A model generated the notes under the pieces. The model worked only from the letters and a program-made list of their open reading frames with translations. It was not told the DNA's origin and made no database searches. From the NCBI GenBank assembly GCA_048296855.1, contig CP182631.1: a stretch of 64,000 nucleotides of DNA; one strand, written 5' to 3'. Shown here one piece after another: positions 59,939 through 64,000 of the stretch. Made by a program: the position numbers and the translations under genes. Source of the DNA: Colwellia sp. RE-S-Sl-9. Its GTDB lineage: Bacteria > Pseudomonadota > Gammaproteobacteria > Enterobacterales > Alteromonadaceae. The stretch's first letter is position 1. Every line of letters starts with the position of its first letter.

Positions 59939-61324
59939 TTACGCTCCTTTACCTGTATTTTCATCTTCAAAACGCTCAGCAAGAATACCAGCACTTTGAT
60001 GTTGTAAAATATTAATAATGCCACGGCTACGCGTGTTTAAGATGGTAGAAATAAATACCATTGGAATAGCAACAACCAAACCTAATACCGTGGTAACAAG
60101 TGCTTGCGAAATACCGCCAGCCATAAGTTTAGGGTCGCCTGTACCAAATAACGTGATTGCTTGGAAGGTGTTGATCATACCCACAACTGTACCCAGTAAG
60201 CCGATAAGTGGCGCAACAACGGAAATAATTTTAATAAAAGTTAAGCGTGTAGTAAGTACCGGAACTTCTTGCAGTATACGTTCAGAAAGCTTGAGCTCTA
60301 ACGTTTCAGCATCTGAACTCTTGTTTTCGTCTTTAACTAACATAACGCGACCAAGTGGGTTGTTTTTAGACGCTGTAGTGTTTTTAAGTTGGCTGTTAAC
60401 TTTACCACCAATAATGGTTAATGAGATAAAACGCTCTACACCAATGAGTAAACCAATTAAGCCTATCGCTAAAATCACATAACCCACTGAACCACCTTGG
60501 TCTACGCGCTCTTGAAGGTTCGGAGCTTGTACAAGTAAACCTAAAATTGAACCACCTGTTGGGTCTAAAGCAAAAGGTACAACGCCTGATGTATTAGATG
60601 TTAATTCTGCTGCGCTTGCTAAATACCGATCTGAAGGTTGTCTCATTAATTCAACAACACTACCTGTTTCGTCTACATATTCTAAGTATTTGCCATCAGA
60701 AATTAAGTTAAAACCGCCCACTCGAACAACATCTGTTTTTAATTTTTCGCCGTTTGCTGTAACCACTTCACGACTAAATTTATGTACTTTACCGCTTTGC
60801 GTCATTTCACGTTGTAGTTCAAACCACAGGCGTTCAATTTCTTCGATTGAGGCTAATTTTGAAGAAGATCCCATGCTTTGAGCAAAATCATCTAAAAACA
60901 CGCCACGGTCTGCTATTTGAGCCGAAATTACAGAGGTTTGAAATTTACTTCTTGTATCACCAGCAACTTGCTGAAGTACACCAAACAGCTCTTTTAATTC
61001 ACCCATGCGTTTCGTTAACGCTTCTGATTTATTTGCTAATTCAATTTCGTTATCTTGAAATGTTGCTTCTAATTCAGCACTTACCTTGACTTCATTATCA
61101 CGTATATTTTTAGCTTGTTTAAGTAAGTTTTCTTGCTCTGACTTTTTAGCATTAAACTCAGCCTCACGTGCTGTATTTTGTTTGGTTTGAGCAATTTTAC
61201 CTTGTTCAAGTTGCTTTAATAATTCATCTAATGATGAAGCATCCTGAGCACTTGCGCTTGTTGTTATACTTGTAACTGATAGAGCTAATACAACCAGTGA
61301 AAAAAGTTGGCTTAATTTTTTCAT
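59939..61324 (-). CDS. MotA/TolQ/ExbB-family protein with large N-terminal periplasmic extension (TtpC-like)
   Basis: 461 aa with a signal peptide and a periplasmic coiled-coil domain. The C-terminal ~200 aa is homologous to ExbB (…LIGLLGTVVGMINTF…). Confidence 0.75.
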   Translation of the reverse strand: MKKLSQLFSLVVLALSVTSITTSASAQDASSLDELLKQLEQGKIAQTKQNTAREAEFNAKKSEQENLLKQAKNIRDNEVKVSAELEATFQDNEIELANKSEALTKRMGELKELFGVLQQVAGDTRSKFQTSVISAQIADRGVFLDDFAQSMGSSSKLASIEEIERLWFELQREMTQSGKVHKFSREVVTANGEKLKTDVVRVGGFNLISDGKYLEYVDETGSVVELMRQPSDRYLASAAELTSNTSGVVPFALDPTGGSILGLLVQAPNLQERVDQGGSVGYVILAIGLIGLLIGVERFISLTIIGGKVNSQLKNTTASKNNPLGRVMLVKDENKSSDAETLELKLSERILQEVPVLTTRLTFIKIISVVAPLIGLLGTVVGMINTFQAITLFGTGDPKLMAGGISQALVTTVLGLVVAIPMVFISTILNTRSRGIINILQHQSAGILAERFEDENTGKGA

Positions 61325-61346
61325 TTTATAATTCCTATTACCGTAC

Positions 61347-62135
61347 TTATTCGGCTGAGTTTTGCGCTACTGGCACAATGATTAAATCTGGGGCAAGCTG
61401 TTTACGTGCAATGCGTAAACCCTTATTGATGTTTGAACGATATTCTGCAGGAAGATCATCCCAAGACTTAGTCTCGTTATTCCATAAACCTAATTTTTGA
61501 CCATCACGTGTTTGATACACTAAACTCACACGACCAATACGTAAAAAGTCTACGTCACGTTCGCTGCCATCAATTGTTAATAAACCGTTGTAAGCTTCAA
61601 TAGTACGACCATATTCAACTTCAACTTGGTAAGCTTCTAATACACGACGAAATTTTTCAGATACTGAAACGTCAGCGCGTTCCATCATTTTCTTTAAACC
61701 TTCAATTCGTTCGCTACGCTCAGTCGGTAAAAACTGAACATCTAAACCAACAAAAGCTTCTAATGTATCTATCATACGTGCCATAAGTGGTGAGATTTGA
61801 CGTTCGATAATACTCACTTGTTCCATTGAAACTGCTAGCTGAGTTAATTCTTTTAGCTGATTATCAATTTGAGTATTCATTTGTTGGTTGTAAACGCGTA
61901 AACCATCAACTTCTTTATTCACGGTTTTAAATTGTTGAAGTTTGGTTTGAATTTGTTCGCTAATATTATCTACACGACGTTGTGATTTATTTGCAGACTG
62001 GTTGATTTTTTTGCCAGCATCTACCACTTGTGATAAGGGTTCATCGTCAGCTGGAGCGGCATTTACAAGTGTAGGTAGGCTTAGTGCACTTGCACTTAAA
62101 AGCAAACTTGCTTTAGCCAAAGTAGACAATTTCAT
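61347..62135 (-). CDS. DUF3450-type periplasmic protein (TtpB-like), first gene of the TonB2 cluster
   Basis: 262 aa with a signal peptide and a coiled-coil region. Confidence 0.6.
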   Translation of the reverse strand: MKLSTLAKASLLLSASALSLPTLVNAAPADDEPLSQVVDAGKKINQSANKSQRRVDNISEQIQTKLQQFKTVNKEVDGLRVYNQQMNTQIDNQLKELTQLAVSMEQVSIIERQISPLMARMIDTLEAFVGLDVQFLPTERSERIEGLKKMMERADVSVSEKFRRVLEAYQVEVEYGRTIEAYNGLLTIDGSERDVDFLRIGRVSLVYQTRDGQKLGLWNNETKSWDDLPAEYRSNINKGLRIARKQLAPDLIIVPVAQNSAE

Positions 62136-62448
62136 ATTAAAACCTTTTGTTGAAATTCAATAGTGTTAAACGCTTTTAGCAAAACGCCTATTCAATATAC
62201 TGCTATAATTGGGCACATTTTAAAGGCCAAATATGACAACTTGGTTTCACGAATATTGCATATTTGTTACATGACAGTTAGGTGACATTTTTTTTACAGG
62301 AAAGGTTTTATTAACAAAGCGTTAATCGTTATAAGGTTATATTTAAAGATTTGAGATAGTGTTCATCATCACTTTCCCCTAAAATGCGGTAACGTAAATC
62401 AGTAATAAATTAGATCACCCAACATGAGTTACCTTTAAACCTACTGTT

Positions 62449-63099
62449 ATGAATAAACTGTCAAAAATATTCGTTTTAGGATTACCTCGAACAGGTACAA
62501 CGAGCATTTGTTCTACTCTACTCTCTCTTAACTATTGCGTAGCTCATACTGCTTATACTCAAACAACGTTCGATAAAGCTAACGCGATAGCAGACACTCC
62601 TATTTTTAATGACTACAAAGCTTTACATCAACATTACCCTAACAGTAAGTTTATTTATTTAACGCGCGATGCCCAAAAGTGGCTCCCTTCAATAAAACAG
62701 CTTTTATTACGTATGTATAACAATGTAGTACGAGATGATGGTGGGTTTAACCCCATAATTAAGCGTTGTTATACTGAAATATTTTCCCCTTTTACCTTAG
62801 ATAATATTAATAACGATGATTTCTTATTAACTTGCTACAACACGCATAAAGCCGCAGTTACTCAGTATTTTGAACAACAAGGCCACCCTGTGCTATTTAT
62901 TGATATATCTAAACAAGGTGATTATCAAAAGCTATTAACGTTTTTGAATAAAGAGGATAACGATCCTAATACTTCAAACTCAGATTTTCCTGTACTTAAT
63001 CAGGGCGGGAAAGTCACTGCATGGAAAGATTTAAAACATCCGCTTAAAGTTGATTCAACTAAAAATGGCCGTTGCTCTACCCTAAACCATATTCAATAA
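62449..63099 (+). CDS. sulfotransferase-family protein
   Basis: 216 aa with the N-terminal P-loop-like PAPS-binding motif 'GLPRTGTTS'. Confidence 0.5.
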   Translation: MNKLSKIFVLGLPRTGTTSICSTLLSLNYCVAHTAYTQTTFDKANAIADTPIFNDYKALHQHYPNSKFIYLTRDAQKWLPSIKQLLLRMYNNVVRDDGGFNPIIKRCYTEIFSPFTLDNINNDDFLLTCYNTHKAAVTQYFEQQGHPVLFIDISKQGDYQKLLTFLNKEDNDPNTSNSDFPVLNQGGKVTAWKDLKHPLKVDSTKNGRCSTLNHIQ

Positions 63100-63121
63100 A
63101 TATTAAGGACTTATACACACC

Positions 63122-63859
63122 ATGATCATTACCCATAGCCAACACGATATTGCTACCCCAACAGGTGATATGCGCACTTATATTTATCAGCCTGAAGAAC
63201 AAGGTAACTATCCTTGTGTTATTTTCTATTCAGAAATATTTCAACAAACAGCCCCTATAGCACGTAGCGCAGCTATTATGGCAAGCCATGGTTTTATTGT
63301 ATTAGTGCCTGAGGTTTTTCATGAACTAAACCCTATTGGTACTGTATTAGGGTACGATGATGCAGGTAAAGACAAAGGCAATGAAGATAAGTGGGCAAAA
63401 CTTTTAGAGCATCACGACTCAGACACTCAAGCATTAGTAAACTTCGCTCAAACACTTGATAATTTTTCAGGCAAGGTTGGTGCAATGGGCGTGTGTATTG
63501 GTGGTCATTTAGCTTATAGGGCGGCATTAAATAACAATATTTTAGCGGCGGCGTGTTTATATCCTACCGACATTCATTCAAACACATTACCTTGTAATAA
63601 AGGTAACGACTCATTAACGAGAACACCCGATATTAAAGGTGAACTATTAATGATTTTTGGTAAACAAGATCCTCATGTACCAGATGAAGGACGAATGAAA
63701 ATTCATCAACATTTATTAACAAGTAAAAACACATTTACTTGGCATGAGTTTAACGCACAACATGCGTTTATGCGTGACGAAGGTGAACGTTACGATGCTG
63801 CTTTAGCCATAAAAGTTTACTTAATGGCTGTCGAGTTATTTAAACGAAAACTCACTTAA
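63122..63859 (+). CDS. dienelactone hydrolase family alpha/beta hydrolase
   Basis: 245 aa with the nucleophile elbow 'GVCIGG' (Cys nucleophile typical of DLH). Confidence 0.7.
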   Translation: MIITHSQHDIATPTGDMRTYIYQPEEQGNYPCVIFYSEIFQQTAPIARSAAIMASHGFIVLVPEVFHELNPIGTVLGYDDAGKDKGNEDKWAKLLEHHDSDTQALVNFAQTLDNFSGKVGAMGVCIGGHLAYRAALNNNILAAACLYPTDIHSNTLPCNKGNDSLTRTPDIKGELLMIFGKQDPHVPDEGRMKIHQHLLTSKNTFTWHEFNAQHAFMRDEGERYDAALAIKVYLMAVELFKRKLT

Positions 63860-63896
63860 ATCATTCATAATTTGTCATAAAAAGCGTACATAAAAA

Positions 63897-63932
63897 AACC
63901 CGACATTACTTTGTAATATCGGGTTTTAAATT
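63897..63932 (+). terminator. intrinsic terminator after the dienelactone hydrolase gene
   Basis: ACCCGACATTAC-ttt-GTAATATCGGGT followed by TTTT. Confidence 0.6.
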
Positions 63933-64000
63933 TTTAAGGTTTACTTAATTAATAACGAAAGCGTTATTAATTACTGACCTTTAACTTCAGATAAACCGTT

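Noticed and set aside
1-64000. Search for CRISPR arrays, tRNA/rRNA genes, integrases/transposases or prophage genes.
   Set aside because: No direct-repeat/spacer periodicity, no tRNA-like cloverleaf candidates in the intergenic regions, and no ORF with recombinase or transposase signatures were seen.

Overview
This 64-kb window is an AT-rich chromosomal segment that looks like a marine gammaproteobacterium of the order Alteromonadales (Colwellia/Pseudoalteromonas-like gene content and codon usage). Almost all of it is protein-coding, on both strands. The conserved part at 48.4-62.1 kb holds the complete isc Fe-S cluster operon (iscR-iscS-iscU-iscA-hscB-hscA-fdx, with no iscX), then cysE, trmJ, divergent suhB, and a Vibrio-type TonB2 energy-transduction cluster (DUF3450/TtpB-like, TtpC-like, exbB, exbD, tonB, TPR protein). 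The first 15 kb is a coherent carbohydrate-utilisation locus: TonB-dependent receptor, Na+/solute symporter, a short GH63-like glycosylglycerate hydrolase, MOFRL glycerate kinase, PfkB sugar kinase, AGE-family isomerase/epimerase, ROK and AraC regulators and a SemiSWEET. I interpret it as a mannosylglycerate (digeneaside-type) catabolic locus. Further along are an MCP, two c-di-GMP enzymes, a GH2 glycosidase, a class-C beta-lactamase-like serine hydrolase, a LuxR-HTH::VOC fusion and an IorAB-type molybdo-hydroxylase. A large secreted GH16 multidomain protein with a dockerin-like C-terminus is paired with a PEP-CTERM protein. The most unusual element is a yqiJ(NfeD-like)-yqiK(flotillin)-giant 1730-aa AAA+ (AAA_5/MoxR-like Walker A/B) protein operon. 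Immediately upstream, a perfect 39-bp palindrome encodes two interleaved, mirror-image consensus sigma70 promoters. A second candidate for a new system is a translationally coupled three-gene operon (small protein / GMC-fold FAD protein / ferritin-like ExxH protein) isolated between long AT-rich spacers. I also found a four-member family of hairpin-terminator repeat elements that carry compensatory stem substitutions. No rRNA, tRNA, CRISPR or obvious transposase/integrase genes were seen.
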